The translations under genes and the position numbers were made by a program. Below are positions 10,490 through 19,696 of a stretch of DNA of 64,000 bases, piece after piece. The notes under the pieces are model-generated. The model saw nothing but the letters and a program-made list of their open reading frames with translations, searched no databases and was not told the origin of the DNA. This DNA comes from Anaerohalosphaeraceae bacterium (GTDB lineage: Bacteria > Planctomycetota > Phycisphaerae > Sedimentisphaerales > Anaerohalosphaeraceae). Within the stretch, counting starts at the first letter, position 1. Every line of letters starts with the position of its first letter. Where the stretch lies: the NCBI GenBank assembly GCA_050309605.1, contig JBNRMN010000034.1, positions 128,001 through 192,000 of the forward strand. The letters run 5' to 3'.

Positions 10490-10593
10490 CATTTCACGAT
10501 AACAAATTGCTATTTATGCGGATTTGCACGTCGAAAATCAAGCATTTCCTTAAAAAAATGCGCTCAAATCAGTTTTACCCATTGCCGTTTGTG

Positions 10594-10637
10594 TTACGAA
10601 ATTGTAAAATTCGGCATTATGAACAACAAAATTGTAT
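10594..10637. promoter_or_regulatory. Paired TTACA-N4-TGTAA-like sites upstream of the GAF activator (autoregulation?)
   Basis: TTACGAAATTGTAA at 10594 and CAACAAAATTGTAT at 10624, 30 bp apart. Confidence 0.6.
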
Positions 10638-10676
10638 ATTGCTCTGGGGACTCATTTCGTCCTGAAAGGCTGTATC

Positions 10677-12200
10677 ATGGCTAAAAAACTTGCACGAGAG
10701 GTGGAACTGCTGGCGGATGTCGCCAAGGCGTTTGCCGAGTCGCTGCATTTGGAAGCAACGCTGGAGTCGATCCTCAAGGCCCTCGAAATCCACGTCAGCC
10801 TCGAGCGCGGGGCGATTACCCTGCTGGATGCCGACAGCGAGATGATCACCATCAAGGTTGCGCACGGTCTGAGTGAAGAGTCCAAAAAGCAGATTACCTA
10901 TAAAGTTGGTGAAGGCGTAACCGGCCTGGTGGTCCAAAGCGGCAAAGAGGTGGTCGTACCGGACATCAGCAAAGACCCGCGATTTCTGGCCAAAACCGGA
11001 CGGCGAACACGAACCAAAGGCCAAAAAATCGCTTTTTTTTGTGTCCCGATCAAACTGGAAGGTAAAACCATCGGTGCAATCAGCGTGGACCGCAAGGTCC
11101 GCAGCGGCGACGATTTCGACGCCCATGTTCGGTTGCTGGAAGTCGTGGCCACGATGATTGCCCAAGCGGTCAAACTGAACAAATTGGTTGAAAACGATCG
11201 GATGGAACTGCGGACCCAGAACGAACGATTGCTGCGCGAATTAAAAACCCGGTTCAATATTCATAATATGATCGGTACCAGCAGCGCCATGGTTGAGGTC
11301 TATCGCTTGATTGAGCAGGTCGCCAACAGCAACGCCACGGTACTGATTCGCGGCGAAAGCGGCACCGGCAAAGATCTTGTCGCGCACGCCATTCATTACA
11401 ACAGCTACCGGGCCGAAAAACCGTTTGTCAAGGTCAATTGCACGGCCCTGCCGGAAAACCTGCTCGAAAGCGAGTTGTTCGGCCACGAAAAGGGGGCCTT
11501 TACTGGTGCGGTCGAACGCAAACCGGGACGATTTGAGTTGGCCAACGGGGGCACCATCTTTTTAGATGAGATCGGCGATTTTTCGCTGAATCTCCAGGTC
11601 AAGCTGCTTCGCGTCATCCAGTTTAAGGAATTCGAGCGCGTCGGCGGTTATGAGACCATTAAATCGAATGTTCGCATTATCGTGGCCACCAACAAAAACC
11701 TCGAAGAAGATATCAAAAACGGCCTGTTTCGCGAAGACTTGTATTATCGTATCAACGTGTTCCCGATTTATATGCCGCCGCTGCGCGACCGGAAGAACGA
11801 TGTGATGCTGCTGGCGGATTTCTTCCTCGAAAAGTATGCGCGCGAAAACGGCAAAGGCATTAACCGGATTTCCACACCGGCCATTGAGATGCTGACCAGT
11901 TATCATTGGCCGGGCAATGTGCGCGAACTGGAAAACTGTATTGAGCGGGCGGTGCTGTTGTGTGATGAGGATGTGATTCGCTCCGATCATTTGCCGCCGT
12001 CGCTGCAGATGGTACGCAAAACGCAGCCAAGCGATGGCTTGACCCTGCCCGAAAAGGTAGAAAATCTTGAACGTGAAATGATCGTTGACGCCCTGAAAAA
12101 AACCGGCGGTTGTCAGCGGCGTGCTGCGGTGGAACTGGGGGTTACTCAGCGCATCCTCGGCTACAAAATCAAAAAATACACCATCCTTCATCGCGACTGA
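10677..12200 (+). CDS. NifA-like GAF-AAA+-HTH sigma54-dependent activator
   Basis: N-terminal GAF domain ([14 protein letters not shown]), [14 protein letters not shown] and a C-terminal HTH; no receiver domain. Start set at MAKKL. Confidence 0.92.
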   Translation: MAKKLAREVELLADVAKAFAESLHLEATLESILKALEIHVSLERGAITLLDADSEMITIKVAHGLSEESKKQITYKVGEGVTGLVVQSGKEVVVPDISKDPRFLAKTGRRTRTKGQKIAFFCVPIKLEGKTIGAISVDRKVRSGDDFDAHVRLLEVVATMIAQAVKLNKLVENDRMELRTQNERLLRELKTRFNIHNMIGTSSAMVEVYRLIEQVANSNATVLIRGESGTGKDLVAHAIHYNSYRAEKPFVKVNCTALPENLLESELFGHEKGAFTGAVERKPGRFELANGGTIFLDEIGDFSLNLQVKLLRVIQFKEFERVGGYETIKSNVRIIVATNKNLEEDIKNGLFREDLYYRINVFPIYMPPLRDRKNDVMLLADFFLEKYARENGKGINRISTPAIEMLTSYHWPGNVRELENCIERAVLLCDEDVIRSDHLPPSLQMVRKTQPSDGLTLPEKVENLEREMIVDALKKTGGCQRRAAVELGVTQRILGYKIKKYTILHRD

Positions 12201-12218
12201 GAAGATTCAGTCCGTAAA

Positions 12219-12262
12219 TTACAAAATTGTCCCAATAATAAAAATGTTTTACATTATTGTAA
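12219..12262. promoter_or_regulatory. Paired enhancer sites upstream of porin-amt-glnK
   Basis: TTACAAAATTGTCC at 12219 and TTACATTATTGTAA at 12249. Confidence 0.7.
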
Positions 12263-12353
12263 CATAATCTCTGTATGTCCGCGCCTCCCTGTCCTTTTTT
12301 TAACTCATTGTATAAAATGAGTTTATGATTTTTTTATTAAGACTCCCCGCATA

Positions 12354-12369
12354 TGGAACACGCCTTGCT
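12354..12369 (+). promoter_or_regulatory. sigma54 promoter of porin-amt1-glnK1
   Basis: TGGAAC-ACGCC-TTGCT. Confidence 0.8.
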
Positions 12370-12468
12370 ATTTCCAGTATCGTGCTTTGATTGTGAAACA
12401 GGCCTGTTCACGCACGATCGTATGGAAACAATGTAAACAATGAAAACAATGAATCAGGAGAATGTAAA

Positions 12469-13224
12469 ATGAGTGTCAAAAAAACAGCGATGTTGAGTGT
12501 ACTGATGGTGTGTGGGGCGTGTGCTTATGCCGAGTCCGTCGAGATTGATGTAACGGCGGATTTTTTCGGCAAGTACATCTGGCGTGGACAGAATCTGAAT
12601 AATTCAACGGTCTTTCAGCCGGGTGTGGGGGTATCCTATGCCGGCTTGACCGGCGCAGTCTGGGGGAATCTGGATATGACCGATTCCAACGGCGAGCGCG
12701 GCGAGTTTACAGAGTGGGATTTTTCGCTGGATTACACCGTCGCGCTGCCGGGCGCAGAGGGGGTGGATGTCTCGATCGGACTGATCCATTACCACTTCCC
12801 AAGCACTCGGCCGAGCAATACCACCGAGGTGTATTGGGGATTCGAGTTTGATCTTCCGCTTACTCCGTCGATTACCGTATATCACGACGTAGATTCGTTC
12901 AACGGGACGTATGTCTCGCTGGGCGTCGGGCATCATTTCGAAGAATTGTTCCGTCTGAGTCCTCAGATGCCGGTCGGCCTGGATATCGGCGTTAGTGCCG
13001 GATGGGGCAATGCGCAATACAACGGCGATTACTGGGACGTTAAAAACAGCAAACTGAACGACTTGACGGTCTCGCTGGCCTTTCCGATGGATGTAGCGGG
13101 CTGGACGGTCTCGCCGAGCGTCAATTATGTCACGCTTTTGAATAACCGTATTCGCGCGTCGGATGAATACGCTCAAAAGAGCGATTACCTGTTCGCGGGA
13201 TTAAGCGTGTCCAAAAGCTTTTAG
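12469..13224 (+). CDS. TorF-like outer-membrane beta-barrel (putative porin)
   Basis: Signal peptide, KYIWRG motif, amphipathic strands and terminal Phe; typical position upstream of amt/glnK. Confidence 0.7.
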   Translation: MSVKKTAMLSVLMVCGACAYAESVEIDVTADFFGKYIWRGQNLNNSTVFQPGVGVSYAGLTGAVWGNLDMTDSNGERGEFTEWDFSLDYTVALPGAEGVDVSIGLIHYHFPSTRPSNTTEVYWGFEFDLPLTPSITVYHDVDSFNGTYVSLGVGHHFEELFRLSPQMPVGLDIGVSAGWGNAQYNGDYWDVKNSKLNDLTVSLAFPMDVAGWTVSPSVNYVTLLNNRIRASDEYAQKSDYLFAGLSVSKSF

Positions 13225-13254
13225 ATGAAACAAAACGAGATGAGCACATAAGGA

Positions 13255-14625
13255 ATGTATAAAATGAATGACATCCGAGAGAATAAAGGTTGTGGTCGTT
13301 CAGGATTATGGACGGTGGTGTTGATGCTTGCGATAGGTTCTTCAGCGGCGTCGGCGCAGGACGTGTCGGCGGTCGCAGACATCGAAGCGGTACGCGATGA
13401 ATTGCAGTTGAACCTGGATATAGTCTGGACATGTATTGCCGCGTTTTTGGTGTTCTTTATGCAGGCCGGCTTTGCAATGGTCGAGAGCGGTTTTACGCGG
13501 GCCAAAAACGCCGTCAATATCATTATGAAGAATCTGATGGATTTTTCGGTCGGTTCGCTGGCGTTTTATTTGGTGGGTTTCGGGCTGATGTTCGGAGCCA
13601 CCAACGGTCTGTTCGGCACGACGCTGTTTGGACTGAACGGCATCGAGCCGGGAACGGATTGGAACTGGACGTTTCTGATATTTCAGACGGTTTTTGCCGC
13701 CACCGCCGCGACGATTGTTTCCGGCGCGATGGCCGAACGCACCAAATTTATCAGCTATCTGGCGTACAGTGTCTGTATCACGCTGTTGATTTATCCGATT
13801 TTAGGGTCCTGGGCGTGGGGCGGGCTGCTCGACGGCGGCGGCTGGCTGGAAAATCTGGGCTTTCTGGACTTTGCCGGATCGACCGTGGTTCATTCGGTCG
13901 GCGGCTGGCTGGCCCTGGCTGGGGCCGTTATCCTTGGCCCGCGCATCGGAAAGTATGGCCGAGATGGAAGGCCCAAGGCGATTCTGGGCCACAATATTCC
14001 GTTGGCGGCGCTGGGGGTGTTTATCCTGTGGTTCGGCTGGTTCGGCTTTAATCCCGGCAGCACCACCGCCGGCGACGGTTCCATCGGCTATATCGCCGTG
14101 ACGACCAATCTGGCTGCGGCCGCGGGGGCGGTTGCCGCGATGATTACCTCGTGGATTTTACTGAAAAAGCCGGACGGCTCCATGGCCCTCAACGGGGCGC
14201 TGGCGGGACTGGTATCCATTACCGCACCATGCGACGGCGTCACCCCGACAGGGGCGATTCTAATCGGATTGATCGGCGGTGTATTGGTCGTATTAAGCGT
14301 CTTGTTTATTGACCATATATTGAAAGTGGACGATCCGGTCGGGGCGGTCAGCGTCCACGGCGTTTGCGGCGCGTGGGGCACACTGTCGGCGGGGTTGTTC
14401 AATATGGAAACAGGCCTGTTTTATGGCGGCGGAATCGGACAGTTGGCGATTCAGGCTCTCGGCGCGGCGGCGGCCTTTGCGTGGGCGTTCGGCCTTGGTT
14501 TACTGATGTTCTGGACGATCAGCAGGACCATCGGTCTGCGTGTCAGCCCGGAAGAAGAAATGAAGGGGCTGGACATCGGCGAACACGGGATGGAAGCATA
14601 CAGCGGATTCCAGATTTTCAGTTAA
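13255..14625 (+). CDS. amtB: Ammonium transporter (Amt) 1
   Basis: [29 protein letters not shown] and DDPVGAVSVHG; both pore His residues present. Confidence 0.96.
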   Translation: MYKMNDIRENKGCGRSGLWTVVLMLAIGSSAASAQDVSAVADIEAVRDELQLNLDIVWTCIAAFLVFFMQAGFAMVESGFTRAKNAVNIIMKNLMDFSVGSLAFYLVGFGLMFGATNGLFGTTLFGLNGIEPGTDWNWTFLIFQTVFAATAATIVSGAMAERTKFISYLAYSVCITLLIYPILGSWAWGGLLDGGGWLENLGFLDFAGSTVVHSVGGWLALAGAVILGPRIGKYGRDGRPKAILGHNIPLAALGVFILWFGWFGFNPGSTTAGDGSIGYIAVTTNLAAAAGAVAAMITSWILLKKPDGSMALNGALAGLVSITAPCDGVTPTGAILIGLIGGVLVVLSVLFIDHILKVDDPVGAVSVHGVCGAWGTLSAGLFNMETGLFYGGGIGQLAIQALGAAAAFAWAFGLGLLMFWTISRTIGLRVSPEEEMKGLDIGEHGMEAYSGFQIFS

Positions 14626-14657
14626 TCCTAATCCCTCAGATGATCGGAGTATGAACG

Positions 14658-14999
14658 ATGAAGCTTATCATTGCCTATATACAGCCGCACAAGCTGGACG
14701 ATGTCAAGAAGTCGCTGACACAGGCGGATGTCGGGAAAATGTCAGTGACCAACTCCCTCGGATGCGGCGCGCAGAATGGCTACCATGAGAGTTATCGCGG
14801 CGTTGAGTTCGATGTCAACCTGCTCAAGAAGATTCGTCTCGAGATCGCCGTCAACGAAGAGTTTGTGCTGAAAACGATTGATGCGATCATCACGGCGGCC
14901 CGAACCGGTCAAATCGGCGACGGCAAAATTTTCGTGCTCGACCTGGTCGAGTGCATCCGAATCAGGACGGGAGAACGCGGGCGGGCAGCCATCGGATAG
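14658..14999 (+). CDS. glnK: PII signal transduction protein 1
   Basis: [14 protein letters not shown]-loop, [11 protein letters not shown] and IRIRTGE. Confidence 0.93.
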   Translation: MKLIIAYIQPHKLDDVKKSLTQADVGKMSVTNSLGCGAQNGYHESYRGVEFDVNLLKKIRLEIAVNEEFVLKTIDAIITAARTGQIGDGKIFVLDLVECIRIRTGERGRAAIG

Positions 15000-15037
15000 C
15001 CCCGCGTCATTGAATCGGGTCGGAAAACACGGAGAAG

Positions 15038-15081
15038 TTACAAATTTGTCGTTAAATTGTACTGGCGCTACATAAATGTTG
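15038..15081. promoter_or_regulatory. Paired enhancer sites upstream of amt2-glnK2
   Basis: TTACAAATTTGTCG at 15038 and CTACATAAATGTTG at 15068. Confidence 0.65.
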
Positions 15082-15171
15082 AATTTCTCGTGAAAATTCG
15101 ACCCGATCATTTTCATCATAACCTTATTTTATAAACAGGCTTATGAAACGAACAGCGGCGGAATCAGTGAC

Positions 15172-15187
15172 TGGCATACCGTTTGCA
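15172..15187 (+). promoter_or_regulatory. sigma54 promoter of amt2-glnK2
   Basis: TGGCAT-ACCGT-TTGCA. Confidence 0.82.
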
Positions 15188-15259
15188 AATGTGACATGCA
15201 AGGTTTCTGCCAACGTTGGTGGTACGTGAGTGGGTTTCTGGACAACAGGAGAATGATTT

Positions 15260-16630
15260 GTGAGCGGATTACGAACAGCAAAAAAAACGACTCTTATGCG
15301 GCTCATCGGGGTGGGTTTTCTGTGCCTGATGCTGTCCGGCTCAGCCGCATACGCATCGGAGGACCCGGCATTGAATCTGGCGGAATTGCAGCAGGGATTA
15401 GATACGGTGTGGGTCTTGATCGGGGCGTTTCTGGTGTTCTTTATGCAGGCCGGCTTCGGCATGGTCGAGGCCGGGTTTATTCGCGCCAAGAACACCTGCA
15501 ACATCTTGACTAAAAACTTTCTGGATTTCTGCATGGCTTCACTGGGTTTTTTTCTGGTCGGCTATGCACTGATGTTCGGCAACGGCAACGGCTTTATCGG
15601 CACCAGCGGATGGATGCTCATCGGGCTGGAGCCATGGGTCGGTACTGTGCCGCTGTTTGCCTTCTGGCTGTTTCAAGCGGCCTTCTGTGGTGCGGCAGCG
15701 ACGATTGTGGCCGGTGGTATGGCCGAGCGGATGAATTTCAAGGCGTACCTGATTTATTCTTTTCTGATCTCGGCGCTGGTGTATCCGATCATCGGCCATT
15801 GGGTCTGGGGCGAAGGATGGCTCAGCTCGATGGGATTTGCCGATTTTGCCGGTTCGACTGTTGTGCATACGACCGGCGGGATTGCGGCGTTGATCGGAAC
15901 GATGATGCTGGGACCGCGCTACGGCAAGTACGGCATCGACGGCAAGCCGCGTGCAATTGCCGGACACAATATCCCGCTGGCGTCGCTGGGCGTGTTCATT
16001 CTGTGGTTTGGCTGGTTCGGATTTAATTCCGGTTCTACGCTGGGTGTCGAAAGCGGCGGCCTGGACATCGCTCGTGTGGCGATCAACACCAACCTGGCCG
16101 CGGCGCTCGGCGGCATTGCAGCCATGGCAACCGTTTGGATCCGGTTCGGCAAGCCGGATTTGTCGATGGCGATGAACGGGGCGTTGGCCGGACTGGTCGG
16201 GATTACCGCGCCGTGTGCGTTTGTCGAGCCGTGGGCGGCCTGCCTGATCGGTCTGTCCAGCGGTGTGATTGTCGTCTTCGGTGTCGAATTGCTGGATAAG
16301 CTGCAAATCGACGATCCGGTGGGTGCCGTGCCCGTACATGGCCTGTGCGGCATCTGGGGCACGCTGTGTGTGGGTATTTTCGGCAAGGCCGAGTTGGGGC
16401 TGACGTATCCGGGTTTTGTCTATAGCGGCAATCCGATGCAGTTTGGAATCCAGATGGTCGGCAGTGTGGCAACGGTGGTTTTTGTGCTGGCCACAATGGG
16501 CATAATTTTTAAGCTCATCGATTTGACCGTCGGTCTGCGGGTTAACCGTACCGAAGAGCTGCGCGGTCTGGATATCGGCGAACATGGGATGGAAGCCTAT
16601 AACGGATTCCAGATTTTCAGCACGATGTAA
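15260..16630 (+). CDS. amtB: Ammonium transporter (Amt) 2
   Basis: [21 protein letters not shown] and [11 protein letters not shown]; start may be 15260 (GTG) or 15296. Confidence 0.96.
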   Translation: MSGLRTAKKTTLMRLIGVGFLCLMLSGSAAYASEDPALNLAELQQGLDTVWVLIGAFLVFFMQAGFGMVEAGFIRAKNTCNILTKNFLDFCMASLGFFLVGYALMFGNGNGFIGTSGWMLIGLEPWVGTVPLFAFWLFQAAFCGAAATIVAGGMAERMNFKAYLIYSFLISALVYPIIGHWVWGEGWLSSMGFADFAGSTVVHTTGGIAALIGTMMLGPRYGKYGIDGKPRAIAGHNIPLASLGVFILWFGWFGFNSGSTLGVESGGLDIARVAINTNLAAALGGIAAMATVWIRFGKPDLSMAMNGALAGLVGITAPCAFVEPWAACLIGLSSGVIVVFGVELLDKLQIDDPVGAVPVHGLCGIWGTLCVGIFGKAELGLTYPGFVYSGNPMQFGIQMVGSVATVVFVLATMGIIFKLIDLTVGLRVNRTEELRGLDIGEHGMEAYNGFQIFSTM

Positions 16631-16659
16631 ATACAACTTCAATACAACGGAGTAACAAA

Positions 16660-17001
16660 ATGAAACTGATTATTGCTTATATTCAGCCGCATAAGCTGGA
16701 CGATGTCAAAAAGTCGCTGACCAAGGCCGATGTCGGCAAGATGTCGGTCACCAACTCGCTGGGCTGCGGTGAACAGATGGGCTACGAAGAAAGTTATCGC
16801 GGCATACGCTTTGAGGTCAATCTGCTCAAAAAGGTGCGGCTGGAAATCGCTGTCAACGAGGATTATGTTCAGCGCACGATCGACGCCGTCATTGAGGGCG
16901 CGCGCACCGGTGAGATCGGCGACGGCAAAATCTTCATTCTTGATCTGGCCGACTGTGTCCGGATTCGCACAGGCGCACGCGGCACCAAGGCCATCGGGTG
17001 A
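16660..17001 (+). CDS. glnK: PII signal transduction protein 2
   Basis: Close paralog of 14658..14999; [11 protein letters not shown] motif. Confidence 0.93.
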   Translation: MKLIIAYIQPHKLDDVKKSLTKADVGKMSVTNSLGCGEQMGYEESYRGIRFEVNLLKKVRLEIAVNEDYVQRTIDAVIEGARTGEIGDGKIFILDLADCVRIRTGARGTKAIG

Positions 17002-17020
17002 AGCGGACCCGACATTGATG

Positions 17021-17065
17021 TTACAATTTTGTTTTGTCGGCCTTACTTTCTTGACAATTTTGTAA
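17021..17065. promoter_or_regulatory. Paired enhancer sites upstream of glnA
   Basis: TTACAATTTTGTTT at 17021 and TGACAATTTTGTAA at 17052. Confidence 0.7.
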
Positions 17066-17153
17066 TATTCGTGGATGCCCCGTATTGCTTTAAGTGTGAT
17101 GTAAGCTTTTGTAAATTAAGGTTTTAAGCTAAAAATAATTGAATTGAACGCAA

Positions 17154-17169
17154 TGGCACACAAGTTGCT
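17154..17169 (+). promoter_or_regulatory. sigma54 promoter of type III glnA
   Basis: TGGCAC-ACAAG-TTGCT. Confidence 0.85.
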
Positions 17170-17404
17170 CTATAGATTAACCGACATTAGCAAAGAAATA
17201 AACCGGGTGTTTCGAAAGGTGCGCCATGCAACGAGGCACCCAACATGATAGCGGCGATTGTGTCGGCGTCGCACTCGGATACGGCATTCGCAGAGACACA
17301 CTTGCGAGTGCTTATGAAAGAAAGTATAATTTACCCGTTTATGGGGAATAGCCGCTGCTCAATTCGGCTTAAACCCATTTCATGAGATGATCAGATGACC
17401 AGGA

Positions 17405-19504
17405 GTGAAAATGAGTAACCAAATCAAATTAAATGAGATTTTCGGGGTTAATGTATTTAACGATGCCGTGATGCGGCTGCGGCTGCCGAAAATGATTTAT
17501 CGTGATTTTGTCAAGGTTCGCAACGGCCAATCGGAGATGACGCAGTCCATTGCCGATATTCTGGCCAACGCGATGAAAGACTGGGCGCTGGAGCACGGGG
17601 CCACTCATTATTGCCACTGGTTCCAGCCGATGACAGGGCTGACCGCAGAAAAGCATGATTCGTTCATCTCGCCGTCTCCGGACGGACGCACCATACTCGA
17701 ATTCAGCGGCAAAGAACTGATTAAGGGAGAGCCGGATGCGTCCTCTTTTCCCTCCGGCGGACTGCGGGCAACGTTTGAGGCGCGCGGCTATACGGCCTGG
17801 GATTACACGTCGCCGGTGTTCATCAAGGGCAAAACGCTTTATATTCCCTCGGCGTTTTGTTCTTATACCGGCCAGGCGCTGGACAAGAAAACGCCGCTGC
17901 TGCGCTCGATGGAAGCGCTGAACAAGCAGTCGCTTCGCGTTTTGCGGGCACTGGGAGAAACGGCCGCGGGGTATGTCAACGCCACGTTGGGGCCGGAACA
18001 GGAATATTTTCTGGTGGACCGCGCATTTTTTGAGAAACGTTTGGATCTGCTGCTCAGCGGCCGAACCCTGTTCGGGGCGCCGTCGCCTCGCGGCCAGGAA
18101 ATGGAAGACCATTACTTCGGCTCGGTCCATGAACGGGTTTTGGCGTTTATGAACGATGTGAACCAGGAATTGTGGAAGCTGGGCGTTTCGGCCAAAACCC
18201 AGCATAATGAAGTTGCACCGGCCCAGTATGAAATAGCGCCGATCTTTACCACTGTTAATGTGGCGACCGACCACAATCAGATTACGATGGAAACACTGCA
18301 AAAGATCGCCCGCCGGCATGGGTTCGTGTGCCTTCTGCATGAGAAACCGTTTGCCGGCGTCAATGGCTCTGGCAAACACAATAACTGGTCTCTGGTAACG
18401 GATACCGGGAACAATCTGCTTGAGCCGGGCAGCACGCCGCATGATAACATGGTGTTTCTGGTGTTTTTGTGCGCTGTGGTACGTGCGGTTGACAAATACG
18501 CCCGGCTGCTGCGTGCGGCAGTGGCCAATCCGGGTAATGAACATCGGCTTGGCGCCAACGAGGCGCCGCCGGCGATTGTGTCGATCTTCCTCGGCGATCA
18601 GTTGACGGATATTTTCGATCAGCTTGCCGCCGGCGGTGTAAAAACCAGTCGGCAGGGCGGAAGCCTTAAGCTGGGCACGTCTCTGCTGCCGCCGCTGCCA
18701 AAGGACTGCACCGATCGCAACCGAACCAGCCCGTTCGCTTTTACCGGCAACAAGTTTGAGTTCCGTATGGTCGGGTCAAGCCAATCCACTTCGGGGCCGT
18801 GTTTTGTGCTCAATACGATGGTGGCCGATGTGTTGATGGAATTTGCCGATGTGCTCGAAAAAAGCAAAGATGTTAAGGGCGAAGCACAGAAACTGCTTAA
18901 GCGCGTCGCTACCGAACATGTGCGGGTCATCTTCAACGGCGACAACTATTGTCAGGACTGGGTCCAAGAGGCCGAACGTCGCGGGCTGCCCAATATGCGT
19001 TCCACGGTGGAATCGCTGGATGTGATCCTCAACAAAGAACATGTTGAGTTGTTCAAACGGCACGGCGTGCTCAGTAAGCACGAACTGCACGCCCGCACTG
19101 AGATATTGTACGAAAACTACAGCAAAACACTGAACATCGAGGCCGGCGTAACGCTGGAAATCGCCAAACGGCAGATTCTCCCGGCCTGCATCCGGTACGC
19201 AACGCGATTGGCCGAGTCGGTCAACAAATTGGCAGAGACGGGAATCACGCCGGCCGTGCCGAAACGAGAACTGGAAAAGGTCAACAGTCTGATTGAAGAC
19301 CTCAGCAGCGCCATTGATGCACTCGAAACAGCGGTCGGTAAGGCCAAGGCGGTTGACAAGGCCCCGGATAAGGCCCGAAGTTTTCGGGACGATGTGATCC
19401 CGGCGATGGCTGAAGTGCGAAAGGCTGCCGACACACTCGAAACCATCGTGGACGCTGAGGTGTGGCCGCTGCCCAGTTACGCCCAGATGCTGTTCCTGCG
19501 ATAG
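17405..19504 (+). CDS. glnA: Glutamine synthetase type III
   Basis: ~700 aa; [43 protein letters not shown] and [18 protein letters not shown] (GSIII/GlnN type). Start 17405 or 17411. Confidence 0.96.
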   Translation: MKMSNQIKLNEIFGVNVFNDAVMRLRLPKMIYRDFVKVRNGQSEMTQSIADILANAMKDWALEHGATHYCHWFQPMTGLTAEKHDSFISPSPDGRTILEFSGKELIKGEPDASSFPSGGLRATFEARGYTAWDYTSPVFIKGKTLYIPSAFCSYTGQALDKKTPLLRSMEALNKQSLRVLRALGETAAGYVNATLGPEQEYFLVDRAFFEKRLDLLLSGRTLFGAPSPRGQEMEDHYFGSVHERVLAFMNDVNQELWKLGVSAKTQHNEVAPAQYEIAPIFTTVNVATDHNQITMETLQKIARRHGFVCLLHEKPFAGVNGSGKHNNWSLVTDTGNNLLEPGSTPHDNMVFLVFLCAVVRAVDKYARLLRAAVANPGNEHRLGANEAPPAIVSIFLGDQLTDIFDQLAAGGVKTSRQGGSLKLGTSLLPPLPKDCTDRNRTSPFAFTGNKFEFRMVGSSQSTSGPCFVLNTMVADVLMEFADVLEKSKDVKGEAQKLLKRVATEHVRVIFNGDNYCQDWVQEAERRGLPNMRSTVESLDVILNKEHVELFKRHGVLSKHELHARTEILYENYSKTLNIEAGVTLEIAKRQILPACIRYATRLAESVNKLAETGITPAVPKRELEKVNSLIEDLSSAIDALETAVGKAKAVDKAPDKARSFRDDVIPAMAEVRKAADTLETIVDAEVWPLPSYAQMLFLR

Positions 19505-19537
19505 CCGCCGTTTTTAATATGCTCAAAAAGTACCCCT

Positions 19538-19575
19538 CCTGCCGGGCGTAATTCTCATGCTCGGCAGGTTTTTTT
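19538..19575 (+). terminator. Intrinsic terminator after glnA
   Basis: CCTGCCGGGCG...TGCTCGGCAGG stem followed by TTTTTTT. Confidence 0.85.
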
Positions 19576-19630
19576 GTGTCTTTTTAACATAAGTCGATCT
19601 AATCGAAAAATAAATCGTAGTAATAAATCA

Positions 19631-19659
19631 TTGACTTAACGGGACAAGTTAATTACACT
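19631..19659 (+). promoter_or_regulatory. sigma70-type promoter of gltBD-nadE
   Basis: TTGACT-N17-TACACT. Confidence 0.65.
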
Positions 19660-19696
19660 TGCGATGAAATGAAACAACAAGACAGATCTATTTATT

